Assembly (NCBI GenBank): GCA_036884335.1
Contig: CP145599.1
Coordinates: 40,900-104,899 of the forward strand
DNA from: Candidatus Stammera capleta
GTDB lineage: Bacteria > Pseudomonadota > Gammaproteobacteria > Enterobacterales > Enterobacteriaceae
DNA length: 64,000 nucleotides
Direction: 5' to 3'
Below the pieces are notes generated by a model. It worked only from the letters and a program-made list of their open reading frames with translations, searched no databases and had not been told where the DNA came from. The position numbers and the translations under genes were made by a program. This document shows positions 1 to 11,689 of the stretch, one piece after another. Positions within the stretch are counted from its first letter, which is position 1. Every line of letters starts with the position of its first letter.

Positions 1-2039
1 GAATATTATTTTATACTGGTGTAAATTATAAAATTGGTGAAGTTCATGATGGTACTGCAACTATGGATTGAATGATACAAGAACAAGAAAGAGGTATAAC
101 AATTACATCTGCAACTATTACAGCTTTTTGATCTGGAACTTTTAATCAATATGATTCTCATAGAATTAATATAATAGATACACCTGGTCATGTTGATTTT
201 ACTATTGAAGTAGAAAGATCAATGAGAGTATTAGATGGTGCAATAATGATATATTGTTCAGTGGGTGGTATTCAACCTCAATCTGAGACTGTATGAAAAC
301 AAGTTAATAAGTATAAAGTACCTAGAATAGCTTTTATAAATAAAATGGATAGAATAGGATCTAATTTTTTTAAAGTTTTGAAAGATCTTGAAAATAAATT
401 TAAAATTAAAGTTATACCTATTCAAATACCTATAGGTAATGAAAATTCTTTTGAAGGTTTAGTAGATTTAATTAATATGGAATCAATTATATGGGATAAT
501 AATAATAGTGGATTAAATTTTAAAAAAATTAAATTAAATAATGATTTATTGTTTATTAGTAATAAATGAAGAAATAAGATAATAGAGTTTGTTGCAGATT
601 CTTCTGATGATTTAATGTTTAAATATTTAAATGGTATAGAATTTACTATACATGAAATTAAAAATTCTTTAAGAAAAAAGGTTTTAAATAATGAAGTTTT
701 ATTAGTAACTTGTGGTTCTGCATTTAAAAATAAAGGTATACAATTATTATTAGATTCTGTAATTGATTATTTACCATCACCTAAAGATTTATTTAAAGTA
801 GTAGGTTTATCAATTAAAGATAATAATATAAATGTTTTTAGAAATATAAAAGATAGTGAAAATTTTTGTGCTTTAGCATTTAAAGTTGCTAATGATCCAT
901 TTGTAGGTAATTTAACTTTTTTAAGAATATATTCAGGTTATATAAAATCTGGTGATATAGTTTTAAATTCAAATAAAAATAGTAAAGAAAGAATAGGTCG
1001 TTTAGTTCAAATGCATGCAAATAAAAAAGTAGAAATTAAAAAAGTTTTTGCTGGTGATATAGCTGCTGCAATAGGTTTAAAAAATGTATTTACTGGAGAT
1101 ACTTTATGTGATATTAATAATCCTATAATATTAGAAAAAATAGAATTTCCTAATCCAGTGATATCTATATCTTTAGAACCTAAAACTAAATTAGATCAGG
1201 AAAAAATGGGATTAGCATTATCTAAATTAATTAAAGAAGATCCTTCTTTTAAAAGTTATTATGATAGTGAATTAAATCAAATTATAATTTCAGGTATGGG
1301 TGAATTACATTTAGAAATTATAGTTGATAGATTAAAAAGAGAATTTAATATTAATTGTAATATTGGTAAACCTGAAGTTTCTTATAGAGAAACTATTTTA
1401 AATAGTATTAAAAATATAGAAGGTAAATATATTAGACAGACTGGTGGAAGAGGTCAATATGGTCATGTTGTAATAGATTTATATCCTTTAAAAAAAGATG
1501 AATTTAATTTATCTGAAAATGGTTATTTATTTATTAATGATATAAAAGGTGGTGTTATACCTAATGAATATATTTCTTCTATAAATAAAAGTATAAAAGA
1601 ACAATTAAAATCTGGTCCTTTAGCAGGATATCCAGTAGTAAATATAAAAGTAAGATTATTTTTTGGTTCTTATCATGATGTTGATTCTTCTGAAATAGCA
1701 TTTAAAATAGCAGCTTCTATAGCTTTTAAAGAAGCTTTTTTAAAAGCTAATCCTATATTATTAGAACCAATTATGAAAGTTAAAATAGAAACTCCTGAAA
1801 AATATGTAGGTGATGTAGTAGGTGATATTAATAGAAGAAGAGGTTTAATAGATAAAATAAGTGATATTAATTTAGGTAAATTAATAAAATCATATGTTCC
1901 TTTATCTGAAATGTTTGGTTATTCTACTGATTTAAGATCTCAAACACAAGGAAGAGCTTTATATTCTATGGAGTTTTATAAATATAAAAAATCTCCAAAT
2001 ATAATATGTAATAAAATAGTTAATAAAAGAAAGAAATAA
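1..2039 (+). CDS. fusA: elongation factor G (5' end outside the window; codon frame starts at nt 3)
   Basis: The translation [37 protein letters not shown] and [25 protein letters not shown] matches the EF-G G-domain. Track pieces 345..569 and 615..2039 are in one frame, joined by in-frame TGA (69..71, 567..569). Stop is TAA at 2037..2039. Confidence 0.97.
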
Positions 2040-2058
2040 AATTAAAAAGGTAATAATT

Positions 2059-3243
2059 ATGTCTAAAAAAAAATTTGAACGTACAAAAATACATTTAAAT
2101 GTAGGTACTATTGGTCATGTAGATCATGGTAAAACAACATTAACTTCTGCAATTACAACTGTATTATCAAATAAATATGGTGGTGAAGCTAGAGCGTTTG
2201 ATCAAATAGATAATGCACCTGAAGAAAAAGAAAGAGGTATTACTATTAATACTTCACATGTAGAATATGATACTAAAAATAGACATTATGCACATGTTGA
2301 TTGTCCTGGTCATGCTGATTATATTAAAAATATGATTACAGGTGCTGCTCAAATGGATGGTGCTATATTAGTTGTTGCAGCTACAGATGGTCCTATGCCA
2401 CAAACTAGAGAACATATTTTATTAGCACGTCAAGTAGGTGTTCCTTATATTGTAGTTTTTTTAAATAAATGTGATATGGTAGATGATAATGAATTATTAG
2501 AATTAGTTGAAATGGAAGTTAGAGATATATTAACTGAATATGAATTTCCTGGAGATAAAACACCTATTATAAGAGGATCAGCACTTAAAGCTTTAGAAGG
2601 TGTAAAAGAATGAGAAAATAAAATATTAGATTTAGCTAGTTGTTTAGATAAATATATACCTTCTCCTAAAAGAGTTATAGATAAACCATTTTTATTACCT
2701 ATAGAGGATATTTTTTCTATACCTGGAAGAGGAACTGTGGTTACAGGTAGAATAGAAAGAGGTATTATAAAAGTAGGTGAAGAAGTAGAAATAGTAGGTA
2801 TAAAAAATACTAAAAAATCTATATGTACTGGTGTTGAAATGTTTAGAAAAATATTAGATGAAGGTAGAGCAGGTGAAAATGTAGGTATATTATTAAGAGG
2901 GATAAAAAGAGAAGATATAGAAAGAGGTCAAGTTTTATCTAAACCAGGATCTATAACACCTCATACAAAATTTGAATGTGAAGTATATGTTTTATCTAAA
3001 AATGAAGGTGGTAGACATACTGCTTTTTTAAATGGTTATAGACCTCAATTTTATCTTAGAACTACTGATGTAACAGGTACAATTAAATTACCTAAAGGTA
3101 TAGAAATGGTTATGCCTGGTGATAATGTAAAAATGTTAGTTAATTTATTTTTTCCTGTTGCAATGGATGAAGGTTTACGTTTTGCTATTAGAGAAGGTGG
3201 TAAAACTGTTGGGGCTGGTGTAGTTAGTAAAATAATTAAATAA
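2059..3243 (+). CDS. tuf: elongation factor Tu
   Basis: Contains [18 protein letters not shown] and NKCD motifs. Pieces 2059..2613 and 2737..3243 share a frame across TGA 2611..2613. Total is 394 codons. AAGGT at 2047..2051 is a likely SD. Confidence 0.98.
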
Positions 3244-3257
3244 TTATTTTTTATAAT

Positions 3258-3569
3258 ATGCAAAATCAAAGAATTAGAATAAAACTTAAATCTTTTGATC
3301 ATAGATTAATTGATATTTCTACTATAGAAATAATAGAAACTGCTAAGAAAACAGGAGCAAAAGTTTGTGGTCCTGTTCCATTACCAACTTCTATTAAAAA
3401 ATATATTGTTTTAAGTTCACCTCATGTTGATAAAGATGCTAGAGATCAATATGAAATTAGAACACATAAAAGGTTAATAGATATTGTAAAACCTACAGAA
3501 AAAACTGTTGATGCTTTAATGAAATTAGATTTAGCTTCAGGTGTAGATGTTAAAATTATTTTGGATTAA
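3258..3569 (+). CDS. rpsJ: 30S ribosomal protein S10
   Basis: Intact 103-aa ORF beginning [19 protein letters not shown], typical of S10. It is the first gene of the S10 operon after tuf. Confidence 0.95.
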   Translation: MQNQRIRIKLKSFDHRLIDISTIEIIETAKKTGAKVCGPVPLPTSIKKYIVLSSPHVDKDARDQYEIRTHKRLIDIVKPTEKTVDALMKLDLASGVDVKIILD

Positions 3570-3580
3570 ATATAAATATA

Positions 3581-4228
3581 ATGATTACTTTAGTAGGTAT
3601 AAAAATAGGAATGACTAGAATATTTGATTGTAAAAATATTTCTTTTCCAGTTACTATTATTAAAATTTATGATAATATTATTGTTAATATAAATAATAAA
3701 AATAATATTAAAAATATTCAAGTAACTATTGATAAAAAATATAAAAAAAATATAAATAAATCTTTATTAGGTATATATAAAAAAAGTAGAGTAAAACCTG
3801 GTATAGGTGGTATATGAAGTATTCCTTATATAGAAAAAATTCATAAAAATATAGGTCAATTTATTAATTTAAATATATTTAATAATGTTAAATATGTTGA
3901 TGTTACTGGAATAAGTAAAGGTAAAGGTTTTTCAGGTACTATTAAAAGATGAAATTTTAAATCTCAAGATAAATCTCATGGTAATTCTTTATCTCATAGA
4001 GTTCCAGGTTCAATAGGTCAAAATCAAACTCCTGGAAGAGTTTTTAAAGGTAAAAAAATGTCTGGTCATTTAGGTAATGTAAAAGTTACTATTCAAAATC
4101 TTAAAATAATTAATATTTATTTAAAAAAGAAAATTTTATTAGTGAAAGGATGTATACCTGGTTATAATAAAAATTTTGTTTTTGTAAAATCTTCTATTAA
4201 AAAAAAATTAGGTTTTTATGAAAGTTAA
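3581..4228 (+). CDS. rplC: 50S ribosomal protein L3
   Basis: ORF 3581..3817 reads on through TGA 3815..3817 and 3950..3952 to TAA 4226..4228. [47 protein letters not shown] is the L3 signature. Confidence 0.93.
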
Positions 4229-4823
4229 ATTATTTGACACAAATGAGATTATATTATTATCAAATAATATATTTAATATTAATTTTAATAATTATTTAGT
4301 TCATGAAGTAGTTACTTGTTATAAAAATAATAAAAGGAAGGGTAATTCATGTCAAAAATCTAGATCTGATGTTTCAGGTTCAAATAAAAAACCATGAAGA
4401 CAAAAAGGTACTGGTAGAGCTAGATCAGGATCAACTAAAAGTCCTATATGAAGATCAGGTGGTGTTACTTTTGCTTCTAAACCTAAAAAATATTATTTTA
4501 AAGTTAATAAAAAGGTTTATAGATTAGTTTTAAAAATGATTTTATCTAAATTATTAATTAAAAATAATATATATATTTTTAAAAATATATATATTAATAA
4601 ACCAAAAACTAAATCTTTTTTAAAATATTTTAGTTTTGTAAATAATTTTAGATGTTTAATAATTTTAAATAAATTAGATGATAATATTATTTTATCTTCT
4701 AGAAATTTATATAAATTTAAAGTTTGTGATGTTTATCATATTAATGTTATAGATTTATTATCTTTTAGAAGTATTATATTTGATATTAATTCTATTAGAT
4801 ATATAGAAAATAAATTATTATAA
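4218..4823 (+). CDS. rplD: 50S ribosomal protein L4
   Basis: ATG at 4218 overlaps the rplC end by 11 nt. [26 protein letters not shown] is the classic L4 motif, with TGA at 4395..4397. Same frame as track ORF 4536..4823. Confidence 0.93.
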
Positions 4824-4824
4824 A

Positions 4825-5121
4825 ATGAATATTAATAATAGTATTTTAAAAAGTTTTTATTTAACTGAAAAATTTTTTTATCTTTCAAAAAAAAATAATG
4901 TAGTTATATTTAAGGTTGATAAATGTTATAATAAATTTCAAATATTAAATGTTTTTGTTAAATATTTTAATTTAAAAGTTCTTAAAATAAGAACTGTTTT
5001 AGTTAAAAAAAATATTTTAAATAAAAAAAAAAATAATTTTAGAATATCTAAATGAAAAAAAGCTTATATATTCTTAAAAAAAGGTGAGAATTTAAAAATA
5101 GATAATATTAAAAATAAATAA
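4825..5121 (+). CDS. rplW: 50S ribosomal protein L23
   Basis: ORF 4825..5055 continues through TGA 5053..5055 (..[18 protein letters not shown], matching the DWKKAYVTLKEGQ region of L23) to TAA 5119..5121. Confidence 0.9.
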
Positions 5122-5126
5122 TTAAA

Positions 5127-5951
5127 ATGATTTTAATAAAATATAAACCAACATCTCCTGGTAGAAGACATAAAGTTAAAATATTTTTACCTTTTTTATA
5201 TAAAGGTAAACCTTATAAAAAATTATTATTTAATAAAAAAAGAAGTGGTGGTAGAAATAATAATGGTAGAATTACTACTAGACATATAGGAGGAGGTCAT
5301 AAAAAAAAATATAGGTTAATTGATTTTAAAAGAAATAAATATAATATTAAAGGTTTAGTAGAAAGAATAGAATATGATCCAAATAGATCTTGTTTAATTG
5401 CTTTAATATTATATATTGATGGAGAAAGAAGATATATATTATATCCTAAAGGTTTAAATATAGGTGATGAAGTAATTTCTGGTGATAATATTAACATTAA
5501 AGTAGGTAATTGTTTACCTTTATATAAAATACCTACAGGTTCTTTAATACATAATATAGAGTTAAAGATTAATAAAGGTGGTCAATTAATAAGATCTGCA
5601 GGTTCTTATGCACAATTGATTTCTAAAAATAATAAATATGTTAATATAAGGTTAAAATCTGGTGAAATAAGAAGTATTAATAGTTATTGTAAAGCTACTT
5701 TAGGTGAATTAGGTAATTCTGAGCATATGTTAAAAGTATTAGGTAAAGCAGGTTGTTCACGTTGATTAGGTATTAGACCTACTGTAAGAGGTACAGCTAT
5801 GAATCCAGTAGATCATCCTCATGGTGGTGGTGAAGGTCGTAATTTTGGTAAACATCCTGTTAGTCCTTTTGGTTTAAAATGTAAAGGTAAAAGAACAAGA
5901 AAAAATAAATTTACTTCTAGATTTATTATAAAACCAAGATATGTTAAATAA
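5127..5951 (+). CDS. rplB: 50S ribosomal protein L2
   Basis: Contains [18 protein letters not shown]. It continues through TGA 5763..5765 into [17 protein letters not shown]. Stop is TAA at 5949..5951. Confidence 0.95.
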
Positions 5952-5965
5952 TTTATTTTTATAAT

Positions 5966-5970
5966 GAGGA
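5966..5970 (+). promoter_or_regulatory. Shine-Dalgarno-like GAGGA upstream of rpsS
   Basis: GAGGA lies 7 nt upstream of ATG 5978. The G residues stand out in a G-poor spacer. Confidence 0.5.
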
Positions 5971-5977
5971 AATTGTT

Positions 5978-6259
5978 ATGTCTAGATCTTTTAAAAAAGG
6001 ACCTTTTATTGATGTTCATTTATTTAATAAAATTAAAAAAAAAAATGAAAATAATGATAATAAACCTTTAAAAACTTGATCAAGACGTTCTACTATTTTA
6101 CCTAATATGATTGGTTTAACTATTTATGTACATAATGGTAGAAGTCATATTCCTGTTTATATTACAGAAGAAATGGTAGGTCATAAATTAGGAGAATTTT
6201 CTCCTACAAGAACTTATAAAGGTCATTCTTTGTCAAGTAAAAAAGTTAAAAAAGATTAA
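5978..6259 (+). CDS. rpsS: 30S ribosomal protein S19
   Basis: Begins [12 protein letters not shown]. Contains ..[24 protein letters not shown] with TGA at 6077..6079. GAGGA SD at 5966..5970. Absent from the ORF track because TGA splits it. Confidence 0.95.
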
Positions 6260-6287
6260 TTTTTTTTTTTTTAAAAGAGTAAATTTT

Positions 6288-6617
6288 ATGGAAGTATTTT
6301 CAAAATTAAAAAATGTTAGATCTTCTCCTAATAAGATAAGATTATTATGTAGTTTAATTAAAGGTAAAAATGTTATTAATGCTTTAAATATTTTATCTTT
6401 TATTAACAAGAAATCATCTTTTATATTAAAAAAAGTTTTAAATTCAGCTGTTTATAATGCTATAAATAATTATAATTTAAATATAAATTTATTAAAAATA
6501 TCTAAAATTTTTATTGATAAAGGTTCTTATATGAAAAGAGTTTTTCCTAGAGCTAAAGGTAGAGTTAATTATATATTAAAAAAAACTAGTAATATAGTTA
6601 TTTATGTTTCTTATTAA
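6288..6617 (+). CDS. rplV: 50S ribosomal protein L22
   Basis: Intact 109-aa ORF. Operon position and ..RVFPRAKGRVNYILKKTSNI fit L22. Confidence 0.9.
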   Translation: MEVFSKLKNVRSSPNKIRLLCSLIKGKNVINALNILSFINKKSSFILKKVLNSAVYNAINNYNLNINLLKISKIFIDKGSYMKRVFPRAKGRVNYILKKTSNIVIYVSY

Positions 6618-6645
6618 TTATTTTTTTATTTTTTTGAGTGTTTAT

Positions 6646-7344
6646 ATGGGTCAAAAAGTTAATCCTAATATTTTTAGATTAGGTATAATAAATTCTTGAA
6701 GTTCTGCTTGAATTTCTAATAATAAAGATTTTTCTAAAATATTAAATAATGATTATTTAGTAAGATGTTATTTATATAAAAAATTATTTAGAGCTTTAGT
6801 ATCTAAAATAATTATTGAAAGACCAGCTAAAAGTATTAAAATTACTATATATACAGCTCGTCCTGGTATAGTAATAGGAAAAAAAGGAGAAGATGTAGAG
6901 AAATTAAGAAGTGAAATTAAATTAATTACAGGTGTACCTTCTCAAATTAATATATTTGAAATTAGAAGACCTGAATTAGATGCATATTTAGTATCTCATA
7001 ATATAGCTATTCAATTAGAAAAAAGAATGATGTTTAGAAGGGTTATTAAAAGAGTTGTTTCTAATTCTATTCGTTTAGGTGCTAAAGGTATAAAAGTTAA
7101 GGTAAGTGGAAGATTAGGTGGGGTTGAAATAGCTAGAAAAGAGTGATATAAAGAAGGTAGAATACCTCTTCATACTTTAAGGGCTAATATTGATTATGGT
7201 TTTTCAGAAGCTTTTACAAGTTATGGTGTTATAGGTATAAAAGTTTGGATATTTAAAGGTGAAATATTAGATAAATATTATTTAGTTAAAAATTTAAATA
7301 GATCAAATTTTAATTATATAAAAAAAGTTATTAAAAAAAATTAA
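6646..7344 (+). CDS. rpsC: 30S ribosomal protein S3
   Basis: Begins [22 protein letters not shown]. Also has [15 protein letters not shown] (KH domain) and [31 protein letters not shown]. Three in-frame TGA and one TGG (7246..7248). Confidence 0.93.
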
Positions 7345-7356
7345 TTATAATTTAAT

Positions 7357-7782
7357 ATGATTTTACAACCAAGAAGAACTAAATATAAAAAATTACATAA
7401 AGGTCGTAATAGAGGTTTCTCTAATGATAGTAAAGTAGTTTTTGGAGAGTTTGGTTTAAAAGCTATTACTAGAGGTAGTATAAGTTCAAGACAAATAGAA
7501 TCTGCTCGTAAAGTAATTACTAGATTTGTAAAAAATAATGGTAAAATGTGAATAAGAATATTTCCTGATAAACCTATTACTAGAAAACCTTTAGAGGTAA
7601 GAATGGGTAAGGGTAAAGGTAATGTTGAATATTGAGTTGCAGTTATAAAACCTGGTAAAATATTATATGAAGTTTCAGGATTAAATATAATTAAAGCTAA
7701 AAGAGTTTTTAAATTAGCCTCAGCTAAATTATCTGTAAAAACTATATTTGTAAGTAAGGAAGAATTTTTATGAAAATATTAG
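7357..7782 (+). CDS. rplP: 50S ribosomal protein L16
   Basis: Begins [20 protein letters not shown]; contains ..[19 protein letters not shown]. Under table 4 it reads through TGA 7771..7773 for three more codons to TAG 7780..7782. Confidence 0.93.
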
Positions 7783-7952
7783 AAATTTATAAATATAAAA
7801 ATTTAAAAGATTTAAAGGAAGAATTATTTAATTTATATAAAGAATTATTTATTTTAAAATCTAAATTATATTCTAATAAATTAAAACAAACACATTTAAT
7901 AAAATTATGTAAAAAAAAAATTTGTTGAATTAAAAAAGAGTTGTGTATATAA
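7770..7952 (+). CDS. rpmC: 50S ribosomal protein L29
   Basis: ATG at 7770 sits inside an ATGA overlap with rplP. 60 aa, beginning [30 protein letters not shown], like the L29 helical hairpin. Operon position between L16 and S17. Confidence 0.8.
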
Positions 7953-7953
7953 A

Positions 7954-8190
7954 ATGATAAATATATTAAAAGGTATTGTTAGTAAAAAAAGTTCTGATAA
8001 AACTTTAATTATAATTATAAAAAAATTAATAAAACATAAGATTTATGGTAAATATATAAAAAGAAATTATAAAATAAAAGTTCATGATAATTATAATTTA
8101 TGTAAAGTAAATGATTATATAGAAATTAAAAAAAGTAGACCTATTTCTAAAACCAAGTTTTGAGTTTTAAATAGAATTTTAAAAAATTAG
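7954..8190 (+). CDS. rpsQ: 30S ribosomal protein S17
   Basis: ORF 7954..8163 continues through TGA 8161..8163 (..SKTKF-W-VLNRIL, matching SKTKSWTLV of S17) to TAG 8188..8190. Confidence 0.88.
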
Positions 8191-8200
8191 GATTAATTAT

Positions 8201-8572
8201 ATGATACAGGAAAGATCTTTATTATTAGTAGCTGATAATTCAGGTGCTAAATTAGTAATGTGTATAAAAGTATTAGGAGGTTCTAGAAAAAGATATGCTA
8301 ATATAGGAGATTTAATTAAAATAGCAGTTAAACAAGTAGTTTCTAGAAGTAAAGTTAAAAAAGGTGATGTTTTAACTGCTTTGGTAGTAAGAACTAAATA
8401 TGGTATTAGTAGATCAGATGGTTCTTATATTAGGTTTGATAATAATTGTTGTGTAATAATTAATAATGTTAATTATTTACCTTTAGGGACTAGAATATTT
8501 GGTCCTGTTACTAGGGAATTACGTACAGAAAGATTTATGAAAATTATATCTTTAGCACCTGAAGTATTATAA
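8201..8572 (+). CDS. rplN: 50S ribosomal protein L14
   Basis: Intact 123-aa ORF beginning [17 protein letters not shown]; contains ..GPVTRELR. Confidence 0.95.
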   Translation: MIQERSLLLVADNSGAKLVMCIKVLGGSRKRYANIGDLIKIAVKQVVSRSKVKKGDVLTALVVRTKYGISRSDGSYIRFDNNCCVIINNVNYLPLGTRIFGPVTRELRTERFMKIISLAPEVL

Positions 8573-8590
8573 ATTTTGTTTTAAAATTAT

Positions 8591-8905
8591 ATGTTTAAAA
8601 AATTTAGATTAAATGATGAAGTTTTAGTAATATCTGGTAAAGATAAGGGTAAGATAGGTTTTATAAAAAAAATATTAAAAAAAAAAAATAAAGTTATAAT
8701 AAATGGTATAAATATGGTTTATAAACATAAAAAATCTATTCCATCTAATAATATTATAGGTGGTATAATAAAAAAAGAATCTAATATAGATATTTCTAAT
8801 ATTAGTCATTTTTGTAGTAAAAATAATAAAAGATCTAAAGTAGGTTTTTGTATGGTAAAAAATAAAAAATTTCGTTATTTAAAAATAAATAATATATTAA
8901 TATAA
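8591..8905 (+). CDS. rplX: 50S ribosomal protein L24
   Basis: Intact 104-aa ORF with a KOW-like start (LNDEVLVISGKDKGKIG). Operon position fits L24. Confidence 0.85.
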   Translation: MFKKFRLNDEVLVISGKDKGKIGFIKKILKKKNKVIINGINMVYKHKKSIPSNNIIGGIIKKESNIDISNISHFCSKNNKRSKVGFCMVKNKKFRYLKINNILI

Positions 8906-8911
8906 AATTAT

Positions 8912-9451
8912 ATGAGTAAATTATTTGTTTTATATAAAAATGTTATAATTAATAAATTTATAAATAAATTTAATTGTAGTTCTTTAATGGAAGTTCCTAA
9001 ATTAATTAAAATAGTTATAAATGTAGGTTTAAATAGTAGATTATTAGAAAATAAATTTTTAAAAATAGTTTTAAATGATTTAAGTTTAATATCATGTCAA
9101 AAAGCTATATTAACTAGATCTAAAAAATCTATATCTAATTTTAAAATTAGATCAGGTTTACCTATAGGTTGTAAAGTTACATTAAGAAAGAAAAATATGT
9201 GAAATTTTTTTGATAAACTTATATTTATAGTTATTCCTAGAATAAGAGATTTTAGAGGATTTTCTAAAAAATCTATAGATAAAAATGGAAATTTAAATAT
9301 TGGAGTAAAAGAGCATACTATTTTTCCTGAAATTAATTATGAAAATATTAAATTTATATATGGTATGAATATATCTATAGTTTTAAATAATTGTAATTAT
9401 AATGAATCATTTTATTTATTTAATAAATTTTTGTTTCCATTTTGTAAATAA
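8912..9451 (+). CDS. rplE: 50S ribosomal protein L5
   Basis: ORF 8912..9202 continues through TGA 9200..9202 (..KKNM-W-NFFDKLIFIVIPRIRDFRG) to TAA 9449..9451. 179 codons. Confidence 0.9.
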
Positions 9452-9459
9452 TATAATTT

Positions 9460-9765
9460 ATGGCTAAAAAATCTATTATAGTTCGTGAAAAAAAAAGAAA
9501 ATTATTAATTAATAAATTTTTTAATAAAAGAATTTATTTAAAAAAATTAATTTCTAATTCAAATACTTCTAGTTTAGATAGATGAAAAAATATTGTTAAA
9601 TTACAATCTTTACCTAGAGATTCAAGTTATATACGTAGTAGAAATAGATGTAATATAACTGGTAGATCTTATTCTTATATGAGAAAATTTGGTTTAAGTA
9701 GAATAAAATTTAGAGAATTTGCTAGTAAAGGATATATACCTGGTTTAAAAAAATCTAGTTGATAA
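9460..9765 (+). CDS. rpsN: 30S ribosomal protein S14
   Basis: Begins [16 protein letters not shown] and ends ..[11 protein letters not shown]. The last sense codon is TGA 9760..9762, at the conserved C-terminal Trp of S14, followed directly by TAA. Confidence 0.9.
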
Positions 9766-9785
9766 TTTTTATAAAAATAATAAAT

Positions 9786-10169
9786 ATGAATATTCAAGAT
9801 CCTATAAGTAATATGTTGACTAATATAAGAAATGGTCAATTATCTAAAAAAAAAAGTATTTTAATTTTTTATTCTAAAATAAAAGAGTCTATATTAAAAA
9901 TATTATTAAATGAAGGTTTTATAAAAAATTATAAATTAATTAATAATAAGATAATAATAATATTAAAATATTTTTTAAATAATCCTGTTATTACTAAAAT
10001 TAAAAAAATTAGTAAACCTAGTTTAAGAATATATAAAAGTTATAAAGATATACCTATTATTATGTCTGGTTTAGGTATTTGTATAGTTTCTACATCTTTA
10101 GGTATTTTAACAGGTAAAGAAGCTATAAAATTAAAAGTAGGTGGTGAAATAATTTGTTATGTTTTTTAA
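9786..10169 (+). CDS. rpsH: 30S ribosomal protein S8
   Basis: The internal ATG at 9786 gives MNIQDPISNMLTNIRNGQ, the canonical S8 N-terminus. The track ORF starting at 9759 would overlap rpsN. Confidence 0.9.
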   Translation: MNIQDPISNMLTNIRNGQLSKKKSILIFYSKIKESILKILLNEGFIKNYKLINNKIIIILKYFLNNPVITKIKKISKPSLRIYKSYKDIPIIMSGLGICIVSTSLGILTGKEAIKLKVGGEIICYVF

Positions 10170-10177
10170 AGGTTAAA

Positions 10178-10723
10178 ATGTTTCGTATTGCTAAAAAACC
10201 TATATTTATTTATGATAATATAGATGTAAAAATTAAAAAAAAATTTATTTATTTTATTAAAAATAATTTAAAAATTAAATATTTTATACCAAATTATATT
10301 GATATAATTATTTATAATAATAAAACTATTAATTTAAAATTAAAAAAATATAATAAAAAAAATATATCTTTTATTGGAACTTTTAGATCTATATTAAATA
10401 ATACTATTATAGGATTATATAAAGGTTTTAAAAAAGAATTAATTTTAATAGGTATAGGTTATAAAGTAAGTTTAAATAATAATAAATTATTATTAAATGT
10501 TGGATATTCACATATAATAGAATATATTATACCTAAAAATATTATTATATTATGTAAATCTAATACTAGTATATTAATTAAAGGTTACGATAAACAATTA
10601 GTAGGTGAAGTTGCTTCTAGAATAAGATCTTTTAAACCTCCTGAAAGTTATAGAAAAGGTAAGGGTATACGTTATTTAAATGAAATTGTTCGTATAAAAG
10701 AATATAAAAAACAAAGTAAATAA
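10178..10723 (+). CDS. rplF: 50S ribosomal protein L6
   Basis: ATG at 10178 gives MFRIAKKPIFIYDNIDVKI (compare MSRVAKAPV.. of L6). The C-terminal part contains PPESYRKGKGIRY. Confidence 0.88.
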   Translation: MFRIAKKPIFIYDNIDVKIKKKFIYFIKNNLKIKYFIPNYIDIIIYNNKTINLKLKKYNKKNISFIGTFRSILNNTIIGLYKGFKKELILIGIGYKVSLNNNKLLLNVGYSHIIEYIIPKNIIILCKSNTSILIKGYDKQLVGEVASRIRSFKPPESYRKGKGIRYLNEIVRIKEYKKQSK

Positions 10724-10729
10724 TTTATT

Positions 10730-11083
10730 ATGAATAAAAAAAATAATCGTTTACGTAGATGTAAAAAATTTCGTTTAATATTAAAAAATAAAAATAAATA
10801 TCGTTTAGTGGTATACAAATCATGTAATAATATTTATGCTCAAATAATTTATTTTAAAAATAATAAATCTTATGTTTTTTTATCAGCATCTACATTAGAA
10901 AAAAGATTTAAAAATATAAAAGGAGGTAATATAAATTCTTCTAAATTAATAGGTAAATTAATAGCTAAAAGATGTTTAAAAAGAAATTTATTTAAAGTTG
11001 TTTTTGATAGGTCAGGTTTTAAATATCATGGAAGAATAAAAATGTTAGCTGATTATGCTCGTAAATATGGTTTGTTATTTTAA
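10730..11083 (+). CDS. rplR: 50S ribosomal protein L18
   Basis: Intact 117-aa ORF ending ..FDRSGFKYHGRIKMLADYARKYGLLF, the L18 C-terminal signature. Confidence 0.88.
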   Translation: MNKKNNRLRRCKKFRLILKNKNKYRLVVYKSCNNIYAQIIYFKNNKSYVFLSASTLEKRFKNIKGGNINSSKLIGKLIAKRCLKRNLFKVVFDRSGFKYHGRIKMLADYARKYGLLF

Positions 11084-11107
11084 ATTTAATATAATTATAT
11101 AAAATAT

Positions 11108-11605
11108 ATGAAAAATAATTTAAATAATAATTTTTTTGAAAAATTAATATTTGTTAATAGAATTTCTAAAACAGTTAAAGGAGGTAGAATATTTTCATTT
11201 TCTGCTTTAACAGTAGTAGGTGATAAAAAAGGTAGAGTAGGTTATGGGTATGGAAAATCTAAAGAAGTTCCTATAGCTATACAAAAATCTATAAATAAAT
11301 CTAAAAAAAATATGGTGGATATATTTTTAAATAAAAAAAAAACGATTAGATATTCTATTAAAGGTAAATATTTACGTTCTTTTGTTTTTATGAAACCTGC
11401 ATGTGATGGTACTGGAATAATAGCTAGTAAATCAATGAGGGCAATATTTGAAGTAGCAGGAATAAAAAATATTTTATCTAAATGTTATGGATCTACTAAT
11501 CCTATAAATATTGTAAAAGCTACTATATTAACATTATCAAATATGGAAACTCCTTTATATATTTCTTTAAAAAGAGGTAAATCTTTAATTGATATTTTAA
11601 ATTAA
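11108..11605 (+). CDS. rpsE: 30S ribosomal protein S5
   Basis: Intact 165-aa ORF containing [40 protein letters not shown]. Confidence 0.92.
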   Translation: MKNNLNNNFFEKLIFVNRISKTVKGGRIFSFSALTVVGDKKGRVGYGYGKSKEVPIAIQKSINKSKKNMVDIFLNKKKTIRYSIKGKYLRSFVFMKPACDGTGIIASKSMRAIFEVAGIKNILSKCYGSTNPINIVKATILTLSNMETPLYISLKRGKSLIDILN

Positions 11606-11689
11606 TTATATTTTAAATTTATAATAATTATTGTAATTTTTTAAATAAAATATATTATATAATTAATATTAATTTTTTTTTTTTAAAAA

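Noticed and set aside
6-6019. Minus-strand track ORFs 6..191, 3051..3302, 5297..5497 and 5819..6019
   Set aside because: They are antisense to fusA, tuf/rpsJ and rplB, all strongly supported genes. Their low-complexity products have no recognisable motifs.
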